NCBI GenBank assembly: GCA_028534125.1
Contig: CM052842.1
Span: 26,412,001-26,476,000 of the forward strand
DNA length: 64,000 bases
Reading direction: 5' to 3'
Origin: Lama glama
Taxonomy: Eukaryota
Each line of letters begins with the position of its first letter. Position 1 is the stretch's first letter. The position numbers were made by a program, and so were the translations under genes. Positions 1-10,875 of this stretch are shown piece by piece. Below the pieces are notes generated by a model. That model was not told where the DNA came from. It worked only from the letters and a program-made list of their open reading frames with translations, and made no database searches.

Positions 1-378
1 CTTTCAGGTCTTCAGAGAAGCACTTCAATCTGATTGGGACTGAGGCAGAAAATAGGCCCAGGCTTACTGCGTACTAACTAGAGGGACGGTCTAAAGGCAG
101 AAGAGGAAAAGCAGTCACTAGAAGTTCTATAGCAGTCACGATTAAACCAGAATCATGTATAAAAATTCTCCTAAGGAGTTCGCCTCTCGTTTGCTGTCAC
201 ATTTCTATAACATAAGTAGGACACCAGCTGGTAGTAATGCCAATTCATCTGCCTTTCATTTACTGTTTGTCACTTCACAGACATTGAATCTTATTCATTC
301 CTTTTTTCATTCTTTCCTCTTTGTATTTCAAATGTCCTAACCATCACATAAAGTTACCATAATATCACATCTTCTGGG

Positions 379-589
379 TAGTGGTTCTCCATCAGAGGAG
401 ATTTTGAACCTAGAGGATATTTGGCAGTATCTGGAGACATTTTTAGTTGTTACAACTAGAGATGGGATGATAACATCAAAAGGGTTGAGGACAGGGAGTT
501 GCTAAATATCCTACAGTCCCCAGGACAGCCCCTATAACAAAGAATTATCCAGCCCAAGGTGTCATTAGTACCAAAGTTGAGAAATTCTA
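379..589 (+). mobile_element. MER20 (hAT-Charlie non-autonomous DNA transposon)
   Basis: Near full-length match to the remembered consensus (agtggttctc...tctggagacattttt...caacaaagaattatccagccc...gttgagaaa). Confidence 0.85.
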
Positions 590-619
590 CCAATAGGGAT
601 AAGTTTATAAGTACCTGAA

Positions 620-693
620 CTTTCTAGGGGCAAGGTCCATAGCTTTTACCAAATTCTTGAAGGTGGTATGACTCAAAACTTTAAGAAACACTG
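620..693. mobile_element. hAT-Charlie MITE end fragment
   Basis: 'gtccatagctttt...ttaagaaacactg' ends in a Charlie-type terminal inverted repeat. Confidence 0.5.
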
Positions 694-1620
694 GTTGTAA
701 TGGATATTTCATCTAGACCTTGGTAACAAGTGACATATTAACCACATTTCACAACAGAAATCACCTCTCTAGTTTAGAAAACTTATCTCTGCCAACCAGA
801 CTTCCCTGTCCCTTTCCATTGTCCACTCTCATTCATGGCTAGACAAACATAGCTCTTTACGTTTCCTGTCTCTAGGTCTTCCAGATACCTCAACTGCCTC
901 CTATTAGCCAAGTTGATACAATTATTATGGTTATAGTGATTATTAATAATTAAGCTATAGCTTCATGATATGTCAATAAAAGTCCTGCTTTCTTAAAACA
1001 CATCCGGTTTATTTGGTCAATAGCCATTTATTCAGTTCCTACCATGTTTCCACTGCTTAACCACTATGTACATAGTGGTGAAAATGAACTTACAATAGAG
1101 TGCTGGAGAGATATTAATAAAATTTGAAAACGTAATTTAAAACTGCAATATGGGAGGGCAGGTGTGAAAAGTGAAGGCGAAAGGAACCAAAATGAGGATG
1201 AAAAGGAAGGACTGAACAACCAGATCATGGCATGCCACCCAAATGCAATAAGCAGTTAACTCCTTCCTGGCTATTTTAAACAATTCTGTGATATACAGAT
1301 CCCAGCCCGGGTAACCTGGGATGTATTTATGTTCAACCAACATTCCCTGGGCACTGACAGACAAATTTGGTAGTGCAAACTATGGGAAAGTTGAGAACAT
1401 CAAATGCAAAAGCTCCCTTTGTTGTTGTAGCTGTAGCTCTAGTTAGGAACCAATGTGTGTTGGGGTGGGGGCAGGGGGAGGTGCAGAATAAAGCCAATGA
1501 CTAACATGACCTTTCCAGATAAACAGATTTGGAAATCGTCACAATCGCCATCGCTCTTGATTCAGATACTGGAAATTAGCTATCGTGGTCGGTAAATCAA
1601 GAGACAAAATATATAAATCA

Positions 1621-1666
<46 letters not shown>

Positions 1667-1691
1667 ATATCTATCTATCTATCTATCTATC
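1621..1691. repeat. (ATCT)n tetranucleotide microsatellite with one ATAT interruption
   Basis: Directly visible. Confidence 0.97.
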
Positions 1692-2429
1692 AATGTAACC
1701 ATTCCTCCCAATATTAACAACTCAGTATATTTTTAAATAGCCTAAAGCGGTCAGGAGAGTCAGGGGCAAATTTCAGAGAGACAGTCAGGCCTGACACTTG
1801 AACTCACAAAAACCCCCAGATTGGTAAAATAACCAGGGTTTCCGTGGGAACGACGTAAAGGGCAGCTAGCTGGTGAGAGAACAAAGGCTGCATGTCCCAG
1901 TTTAAGGGCCGCCCGGCCTGCTGGCCTCCCTGGGGGGCGGGGGCGGCGGTGCGCCCGAGTGGCCGGCTCCCGGGTCGGTGACCCACGCCGCCGCGGCGTA
2001 GGCGCTCCTCGTCGGGACCCTCCCCGGGCCGGGTCAAAGGCGGGGGCCGCCGAGATGGGAGGCTCTCGAGACAGGCCGCTGGGGCCGCCGCCCGAGTGAG
2101 TGAGCTAGCAACTAGTGAATCACACTGCGGGCCGTCACTCTCCAGGATCCAGATCACGCGGCTCCCAGGGCCGGCTGAAGCCGCCCAGATGGAGCATGCG
2201 GGACAGGAGGGGCACCGGGGACACAGGCCGACGTTCCCTGCAGTTCCCGTCTCTGAGGGGCCGCCGTCGCCGCCAGGCCCCGCCCCCTCACGCTAATGTA
2301 ATAGGGGTGCGCTGCCATTGGCCCGTGAGACCGGAAGAGACTCAGGGCGGAGGAAGAAGGCAGGAAGGCGAGTGGGCGGGGGCTGCGAGGAGCGGGCGGC
2401 GCTGGGGCGACTGGGAGAGCTGCGCGGCG

Positions 2430-2467
2430 TGCGCGAGCGAGAGGCGTAGTGGCGGCGGCGGGAGCGC

Positions 2468-2498
<31 letters not shown>

Positions 2499-2664
2499 GT
2501 GCGAGGCGCGGGCTGTTGTGCTCCCAGCTCTCCTCTTTCCCCTCCTTGGCGGGTGGAGGAGGCCGAAGCAGTGCTGGGCGCGCTCCCTTTCCTCTCCCTC
2601 CGGCCACCTCCCCCAGCCCTCTCGCGCTGCGCGGTCTCTCCGACGCAAGACTGTCCCGGCCCGG
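2430..2664 (+). other. ZNF706: ZNF706 non-coding exon 1 (5'UTR); start approximate
   Basis: GC-rich sequence downstream of the promoter motifs, ending in a strong donor CGG|GTGAGC (GT at 2665-2666). Confidence 0.75.
2469..2498 (+). repeat. (CGG)10 perfect trinucleotide repeat in the ZNF706 5' region
   Basis: Directly counted. Confidence 0.95.
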
Positions 2665-5279
2665 GTGAGCGGCTGTGGGGGCGGCGCTGACGCCGCAGGA
2701 CGCCCGGGGGCCGGGGTGGGGGCCCGCCGGCGAGGTCGGCTGGGACCGTAGGGGGGTCACCGCGGGTCGCGAGGGGCCGGCGGCCTGCCCCGCCTCCCCG
2801 GGGGCAGCGGAGCCCGTCCTGTCCCGGCGCGGGCCGCGGAAGGAGGGCTAGCTCGGGCGCCTGCCAGGCCCTGCAGGTGGCCGGGTCGCAGGCTGGCCGC
2901 GGCAGCGGAGCGGTAACCTTACCCCTGGCGACAGCAGCTGCTCTTGAGGCCGGGGCACCCCGTGGCCCAAGGGGCCGGGTTTCTGGCAGCCGAGGCCTCC
3001 TGGAGGCGCATCTCGGGCCGGGGTCCGTGAGGAGTGGCTGGTAGGTAGGAGCTGTGTGGCTCTGGGTGGCGGAAAGGAGGAGCGGGCTCTTCGAGGCGGG
3101 AGAAGCCGGTTTGGGAAGGAAGGCGCGCTGGGCTGCAGCTGGGGTCAGTGAAGTGCTGGGTGAAATAGACCTTCCTGCTGGTGCTTTCACCCTTACTCCT
3201 CTCCCGAAAGAATGTAGTTAAAAAGCCAGGGTCAGGGTGCTGCTTGGGCCTCTTCGTTTCGTTTAGTTATGGAGATGGATCCTACTTCCTGGATCCAAAA
3301 TCTTTTTTTTCTCTCTTACTCGTTTGTTTTGGTTTTAAGAGGATCTTTGGGGCAGTGCTTACTTGTTGCCTCCTGTAAGAGCTCATTTTGGAAGAACTCG
3401 CTGTTCGCTCTACTACTTCCCTCTTTGAAGCCCCCGTAAGAATTACATTAAAAGCTAGCTAGCTTTTAGGTATTTGTAAATGACTTCTCGTTCCTCAGTT
3501 TGTTGCATTTAATGAAGGACAAGTTATGCTTAGTTGTGCTTAAGGTTTTGTAGAAAATTCGACTGGCTTGAGAGCAAGTCCTAAGTTGAGCTGTCCAAAA
3601 GCAGGTGGCTTGTTCGTTTGCATTTCTGCTTTCAGAAAGGAAATCAATGCATCGTGGTGTTAGAACTTGGGGGTGGGGGTAGGGGGGAGCAATCTCACGC
3701 GTTTAGACTGTTTGATTCGATTTCCTTTACTTAGTTAACGTTTAGTTTTGTTTTAAAAATAAGCAACCACTGTCTTTTATTTATTAAAGCTTTTATTACG
3801 TTTTTGTTACTTTTGTTAGATGACAGTGAAAGTTGGTTAAATCTATTGTGTAATGTTATATTAGGAGAAATGGTAACTGTAAAAGTTAAAAATAGTATGC
3901 ATCTAATGGCATTGCTTTGTACAGATTGCTGCATAAAAATGTTATAAAAATAGCTAACTTCTAGATATCAAAGAAGCTTCTAGAATTAGTAGCTTGTCAT
4001 TTTATAACTTTTTTAATGTTAAACAATTAAGAGGTTACCCATACAGTCAGTATATTAACATACATAGCATACATTGTGTGGAAAAGTTCAGATTCGTGAG
4101 AAGACTGAAGTATTCTGACATAAGGTACTGAGACTAAGGCATTGAGACATTAAGAACGTTACAGACATTGAGTTATGTAAAGATTGAATACCTGACTACC
4201 ATCATCCAAGTAATAGAAAAGTATCCAAACCTGTTTCCATGGGAATAGGTTTGTAAGTGTGCCATAAATGTACTTAAAAAAAAATCATTCCATTTTGCTT
4301 GGAATTAATAAGGGTTTGGTTTTTTAAAAAAATAACAAAAATGGAAGTTTAGTCTTAAAGGGCTAATACATCTGGTAATATTTACCATTATTTAGTGGTC
4401 TTATATTCAGCTAGCATACTAAACCCTTTTGTAATTTGTTAAAATATTCGGCCAGCTTCCTAGAAAAGGATTGATCCTCCTTTATATTTTGACTGTTGAT
4501 TCAGTGTTTAATGCTAATGGGAACTTGTCCACTCCGTGTATTTATTTTTTTCAGTTTCCTTTTTTCTTTTTGGGAGAAGCTCATGTATTTCAATGAAATG
4601 CTTTGACCTCGTATCTGTTAACTAGTTAGGGTTCTAGTCAGAAAAGGGCAGCACTCTTTGTTTTCTGGTGAAGTTGTAGACCCATTGTGTGTTCATGTCC
4701 TGCAATGATTTAAGTTTAAAATTTAATTGCAGTGCTAGTCAAAACTATACATAGGAATTCCACTTAGACCCAATTTTAAAGTATTTAAAAAGCAGCTGAG
4801 ACTCATTATATAGACCTTTTATAATTTAACTTTTGTTGTCTAAATGAAGTCTTTAATTTTAATGGAAAAGTAAAAGTAGCTTTTTACCCCTTAATTTTTG
4901 ACCAGTTAGGTTCATTTCAGATCATCAGCAGTAAAAAGTGGTATCTTTCATGTTTGTAAAGGTACCCTTAATCTTATTTAATAATTTGTCCAACAGTCCT
5001 ACAAAGACCAATTTTTTTTAGAGAAAATAGCACAGTAGTTTTATGAAACTTGAGTTTTTAAGAGAACAGTTCCTGTTACTCCTCTGAGCTCCTTTAGAAG
5101 CGTTAGATAATAGCTTTTTTTTTTTCTGTTAAAAGTTGTCAGAATCTCAAGTTACAACAGTGACTATGGGGAGAGAAAACTGCCTTGCAAAAGAGCAAAC
5201 AAATGATTGAGGAAGGGGCTAAACTATTTTTTTGGTAATTCCATATAGGAAACTGCACAAATCTTAGGTATGTAGATAA

Positions 5280-5760
5280 CTCAGTAACTTTTTAGAAGTG
5301 AGCATACCTGTGTAACTGTTACCTAGATCAAGATACAGAACATTATCAGCAACGCAAAAATCCTCCTCATGCACTTTCTTTCCAGCATTACCTCCTGGAT
5401 TAGTTTTGCCTGTTTTGAACTTCATACAGCATATGTTCTTTGTATCTGGCTTCTTTACTTTAACACTGAGATACAACCTTATTGTTACTTGTAACAGTAG
5501 TTCCTTCTCTCTGAATGTTGTGTAGTATTCATTGTATAAATCTGCCACAGGTTATGTATCCACCTTACTATTAATAGGCATTTGGATTGTTTCCAGTTTT
5601 GGAAGGAGGTGCTTGGAACATTCTTGAACTGTATCTTTTGTTGTTCATACGTTTGCATTTTTGTTGAATATATACCAAGAATCGAATTGTGAGGTTTTGG
5701 AACAGATGACTAGTTTTTACAGTGGTTGTACCAACTTATCCTCTAATAGCATTGTATGTG
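5280..5760 (-). mobile_element. Old L1 (L1M-type) 3' fragment
   Basis: Typical antisense L1M 3'UTR text: 'gttttgcctgttttgaacttcata', 'catttggattgtttccagtttt', 'cagtggttgtaccaactta'. Confidence 0.75.
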
Positions 5761-5856
5761 AGAATTCGAAAATCCGTACATTTTGATTGACAACTGTTTC
5801 TATAAAACTTAACTCTTCAACTCTGATAGAGTATTGTCATACTGAGATTTCACTCT

Positions 5857-6036
5857 NNNNNNNNNNNNNNNNNNNNNNNNNNNNNNNNNNNNNNNNNNNN
5901 NNNNNNNNNNNNNNNNNNNNNNNNNNNNNNNNNNNNNNNNNNNNNNNNNNNNNNNNNNNNNNNNNNNNNNNNNNNNNNNNNNNNNNNNNNNNNNNNNNNN
6001 NNNNNNNNNNNNNNNNNNNNNNNNNNNNNNNNNNNN
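5857..6036 (+). other. ZNF706: 180-nt N-run, probable location of the first coding exon of ZNF706 (about 45 N-terminal codons); not readable
   Basis: The ZNF706 N-terminus (MARGQQK...CTVCR) is not visible between exon 1 and 7789. This is the only gap in that interval, it is large enough, and it is preceded by the pyrimidine-rich 'gatttcactct'. Inference only. Confidence 0.75.
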
Positions 6037-6549
6037 AGCTTTCTCGTGCACAGTTCTTTCATTAGAGATTGGTTTGTATACATTAAAATTTTGCAAACCT
6101 GGCAAGATAAATACTTTATTGAAATAGTAGATTTGAGAGCTAGTTGTTTTAAGAACCCCTAGTCATCTATTCAACAAATATATTTTTTGAATGGCTCCTC
6201 TGGCCAAGCACAATTCTCTATGTGTTCGTGAAAAGGAGTAAACAAAACAAAATCCCTTTCCTCTCCAGAATAAAGATGTCCTTTTTTCCTCATCCAGAAT
6301 AAAGATGTCCTTTTTTTTTTTTAAAGATGTTTTCTTAAGGGCAAATAACACACTTTGAACTTCGTAAGAAAGTCAGGTCTACGTTCTTAATTTAGAGCTG
6401 TGTAAAATATCTCTGGTTATATAATTGGCTTTTTTTTCTGCTTTACTAAATTCATAGCTAAGATGTCTGCAAAACTAAATAGAGTATATTCACACTGAGG
6501 GCTTTTACTGGAATTAATATGAAATATTAATATTAATATTTATTAGATT

Positions 6550-6797
6550 AGAGTGATTTAAGTGCTTACCAGGTGCCAGACCCTGATCCAAGTGTTTTAT
6601 AAGTACAAGCCCATTAATTCACACAACAACCCTATGATATAAAGTATTTTTATTCTCATTTTATGGAAGAATAAATTGAGTCATGAGGACTAAATAACTT
6701 ATGCAGGGTCACCCGCCAGTATGTAGAAGAGCTGGGGTCTGAACCCAGGCAGCCCAGCTCCAGAGTCCCCCCTCTCGACCGCTATACCACACTGCCT
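6550..6797 (-). mobile_element. MIR SINE
   Basis: Antisense MIR core ('ctcattttatggaag...gggtctgaacccaggcag...ctccagagtc'). Confidence 0.85.
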
Positions 6798-7350
6798 CAA
6801 GGAAGTATGTCTTAAATTCCAAGCCAGAGTCTCTTTCTTGCCTGTTTGTTTACACTCATCACCCTTGAAGTTAGTGAATAAAAGTGCCAAAGGAAAAAGG
6901 CATAGTGAGGTTGGTCCAGTACCCACACACTCCCCCACCCCCAGCCCTGTACCTGGGTAAGATTGGTAGAATGGATGGAAAGGAATCTTGATAAGACTGG
7001 ATTCCTGGACTAGAGTTTATCATCTATTGAAGTCATTACTGAGAAAAGAGAAGTTCCTAGCTACATAAAAATTCTCATTAATCTAAGAGAGGACGTCTAT
7101 TAACATTAAGTAACTTGTTCATACTGAGCTTTGATATACTCAATATGATGAAATTGAGCAGCTTCAGTTTCTGTTTGGAAAGAGGCAAGGTAAAACTAAA
7201 TTTCACTAAATGACTAGGGAGGAAATACTTTGACCTAGAAGTACTACAGTAGTTCATCTCTTTGAAAACTCAAAACAGCAAACAATGTTTGTTTTATTGA
7301 ATTTAATGTGTTGAAGAATGAATAATTGAAGGCCCCTGCCTAGGTAAGTC

Positions 7351-7545
7351 AGTACAGTGTAGTGTTTGAGAGCTGGAGTACCAGGTTAAAACATTGGTCT
7401 TGGACAAGTTAAACTCTAGGTTTTAGTTTCCTTAGCATATAAAATGAGGATAGTAGGAACTGACTTAAGATTACTGAAAGGTTCTGTGAGAATTTAGGTA
7501 ACATGCTTAACAGTGTGCTCAGTAAATGCTACCTGTTGTTTATTG
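7351..7545 (+). mobile_element. MIR SINE
   Basis: 'cttggacaagtt...agtttcctt...aaaatgaggatagt...tgctcagtaaatg'. Confidence 0.75.
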
Positions 7546-7788
7546 TTAATCAGAAAAGTCATATTTCATTCCATGTGACTCACCCCTTCTTCGTATGTGA
7601 AATGTGGGAATACGTTAGGAATTTCTTTGTTATAAGGTCCTTTTTCCTATGCCAGCCATCATGTTATAGGAGTTTTAAAGTGTTTTGTGATAATTGTTGT
7701 GAGCAGGCTCAGGGTTTTTAAAGTTAGCACATTTTTATTTCATGAATCGGGTCTAACTCTTCTTTTTTTACACAATTTTAAAAATTAG

Positions 7789-7884
7789 ACACAAATGCCA
7801 GACCCTAAAACCTTCAAGCAGCACTTTGAGAGCAAGCATCCTAAGACTCCACTTCCTCCAGAATTAGCTGACGTTCAGGCATGA
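7789..7884 (+). CDS. ZNF706: ZNF706 last coding exon (C-terminal 31 aa, second half of the C2H2 finger); exon spans 7789-7896
   Basis: Polypyrimidine tract and AG at 7787-7788, then ACA CAA ATG CCA... translating to TQMPDPKTFKQHFESKHPKTPLPPELADVQA-TGA (stop 7882-7884). This matches the remembered ZNF706 C-terminus. Donor CAG|GTAACT follows 7896. Confidence 0.96.
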   Translation, partial: TQMPDPKTFKQHFESKHPKTPLPPELADVQA

Positions 7885-8589
7885 AGTTGTTTACAGGTAA
7901 CTGACCTTTTCTTCTTTTCATTTATTAATGTCAGGGTTGGATACAAGAGCAGAATTATCTTCTGTAATTGTGAAATTGATTTCTATCTTATAGCTGAGAC
8001 TTCATCACTGCCCCTTTTTAAGTTAATGTTTAACTTTACAGTTGTTAAAAGTCCATTTTCCCAGACCATAACTTTCCTATGCCTTTGAAACATCCAAGTT
8101 TTTACCCCTGTAGCCAAAAATGGGATGAGGTAATGCTGGCCATCTCTGGTCCAAGAATGGAAGAAAGTTTTCAGCTTAAAGAAAAAATTACTATTTCAAG
8201 AATATTTGAGGGTCTTGCTTCTAGAAATGCTGCAGACCAAAGTTTGTAAGTGCTTTTTTGCAGATGTTTTACTTACAGTGCTTAGCAGAGCTTCTAAGTA
8301 CATTAAATAAAATATAAGGTAAAATGTGGGCATACACTGTATAAACTTGGTAGTTTCTTGAAAATAATCAGTTTATACTTTATGTGTGGTTGGAATTTTT
8401 TTTCCTTAAATGGTGGTGATGGTATATCTGAGAATTATTCCTTTTTAAGGTAAATTCACCAAAAGATCTGTTATAAAATTTAGTTGACAGATCAGACTAA
8501 CTTCATAGCTTAAGCATGTACTTTTTTAGACATTTGAAATGAATTTAAGTCACATTTATGTAATGCTTATAAGTTCACTGAAATTTTTT

Positions 8590-10875
8590 NNNNNNNNNNN
8601 NNNNNNNNNNNNNNNNNNNNNNNNNNNNNNNNNNNNNNNNNNNNNNNNNNNNNNNNNNNNNNNNNNNNNNNNNNNNNNNNNNNNNNNNNNNNNNNNNNNN
8701 NNNNNNNNNNNNNNNNNNNNNNNNNNNNNNNNNNNNNNNNNNNNNNNNNNNNNNNNNNNNNNNNNNNNNNNNNNNNNNNNNNNNNNNNNNNNNNNNNNNN
8801 NNNNNNNNNNNNNNNNNNNNNNNNNNNNNNNNNNNNNNNNNNNNNNNNNNNNNNNNNNNNNNNNNNNNNNNNNNNNNNNNNNNNNNNNNNNNNNNNNNNN
8901 NNNNNNNNNNNNNNGGATAAATGGTTCTAGAAATTCTGTTCTGACTTTCTACATTATTTGCCTTATAAAAATCTAATGAATTCATCAGCTAGGATTGTAA
9001 GCGCAATTTTTATTTTCCTTTCTCAGCTCAGTGGCAGGTTCGTTAGTTAAACTAGAGTAGACTCATGCATTAAATCTGTGCACACAGTTTTATGGGCAGC
9101 TGCTGACCTAGGTGAAGAATGACTTACCTGCTGCCTTAGTATATTACAGTCATGTGTCATTTTCCTCTCTTCTTGTTTCCTGTGTTTGAGGTTGGAACAT
9201 TTCAACTTGCTGTGTGACTTGGCTATACCTGCCAGCCAGGTATAGCCTGGAGATAACTGATAAATTCCTTAAAGTGGTTGGATTCTCAGTGAGCCCTTCT
9301 GAAAAATTATGCTCTGAAGTATATGCCACAATGAAATAATCAGTAAGTCTATTGTTTAATAGAAAATATGATGGAACATACGTGAACTGGTGAAGAGCTA
9401 TCTTTTATAAATTATACTACATTCTTTGAAAATTCTTCAAGTTTATTTTGAAATTGAAACTCATAATTTTCAAAGGAGTTTTTGGAAGTTATTAACAAGT
9501 TGGCCAATTTATGAATGGATTTTATATTAACAGAAAGATTGGAATGACTTGTGGCTGAGTTAATTCCCAGAACTTTCTCTTCCCTTTCCTTTTTAAGTGA
9601 GTAGTTGATTTTAGGAGTTTACCTTGTACTGGTTCCTAAAATCAAAGGCTGTGGACAGTATGACTTCCATCTGAACTAGAAAAGTATTAAAATAGGCCAA
9701 CATCCACATTCTTTTGTCTCTGAGGATAATGGGGAAGTGGGTTGGTTCCAATGAATGAGGTAAATCCTGCCCAGTTAAAAAAGACTAATTTTAGGGTTCT
9801 TCTAATTTACTCTTGCCAACTATTAACTCTACAAGTGAAACTGCTGTAACTCAGTTTAAATTTTAAAGTTTATATACTAGGAAGAACACTCATATTTGCC
9901 AGTAATCGCTTAGAGCCGCAGATCTGATCCTGTGGATTACAAGATGCCTTCCCTCTTTCTGCTGTAACTCACCACTGCATTTGTCTTTGCAGCTGTGCAT
10001 ATTTCTGCCCACCTTGTTTGTCTTCACTGTAAGTTTAAGATATTCCCAAGGAAAGGCTTCAGTGGTGACTGTTTCTTAGTAACTCCTATTACACTCTTGC
10101 TTTAAGATAGTCATTTTTTTCATGTATTTAATTTTCCTAAATTTCAGAATTAATATCTGTTAATTCCCAGTATGTTGGTTACCAGAACGTTAGAATTTGC
10201 CTGTTTACTTACAATGGGTGTTACAGAAGTTCTGGTTAAATTACAATTTAAAGGTTTTTAAAAGTGCTTTGAGCATATGTATGTTTATGTTAGTAACAAA
10301 TCATTTAAAAACCTTTCACAAGTTTTAATTTTTTTCATTTGTTTTACTGACTGTAAATCAGAATAAAAGCTTTTTCTTGTATTTACCCTCTTTCTATAAG
10401 CAGCTGAAGACACCATATTTAACTCTAGATCTCAGTGGTAGGGAAGTAGCTGCAATGCTCTCGCAGAAGACATAATTCTCATACTTTGTGTGAGGATTAT
10501 TAGTGCAATCCCCTTTTTTGTGTTTGGGTTAAATCTACTGTAAGGGAAAGATTACTGTTTTTAAACATCCTCATTATTTATTTGAAGATTCTTTAACAGA
10601 TCACAGCAAAATTTGTTATAAAACTGTTATGGTGTCTTCAAAGACTTGACAAAATACACAGAGAGAATTGCTCTGTTTGTGCTCTGTATTTCCATTAGTT
10701 GCCAAAAGGAATGGGGTTAAGATTAAACTTGTTTCCATCCTCCNNNNNNNNNNNNNNNNNNNNNNNNNNNNNNNNNNNNNNNNNNNNNNNNNNNNNNNNN
10801 NNNNNNNNNNNNNNNNNNNNNNNNNNNNNNNNNNNNNNNNNNNNNNNNNNNNNNNNNNNNNNNNNNNNNNNNNNN
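8590..10875 (+). other. ZNF706: Probable terminal 3'UTR exon of ZNF706 (both ends fall in N-runs 8590-8914 and 10744-10875)
   Basis: The donor at 7897 requires a downstream exon. About 2.3 kb of AT-rich, repeat-free sequence with AATAAA at 10362-10367, ATTAAA at 10722-10727 and a GT/T-rich tract at ~10890-10912. Confidence 0.6.

Larger units (their letters stand above)
1900..3150. promoter_or_regulatory. CpG-island promoter of ZNF706
   Basis: Very high GC and CpG density. GC box GGCCCCGCCCC at 2276-2286, inverted CCAAT (ATTGG 2317-2321), ETS motif CCGGAAG at 2331-2337, GGGCGGGG at ~2374. No TATA box. Confidence 0.9.

Noticed and set aside
1804-3190. Long overlapping ORFs (up to 282 aa) on both strands with poly-Arg, -Pro, -Ala and -Gly runs
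   Set aside because: These are artefacts of the stop-poor GC-rich island and the CGG repeat; they are low-complexity and resemble no known domain.
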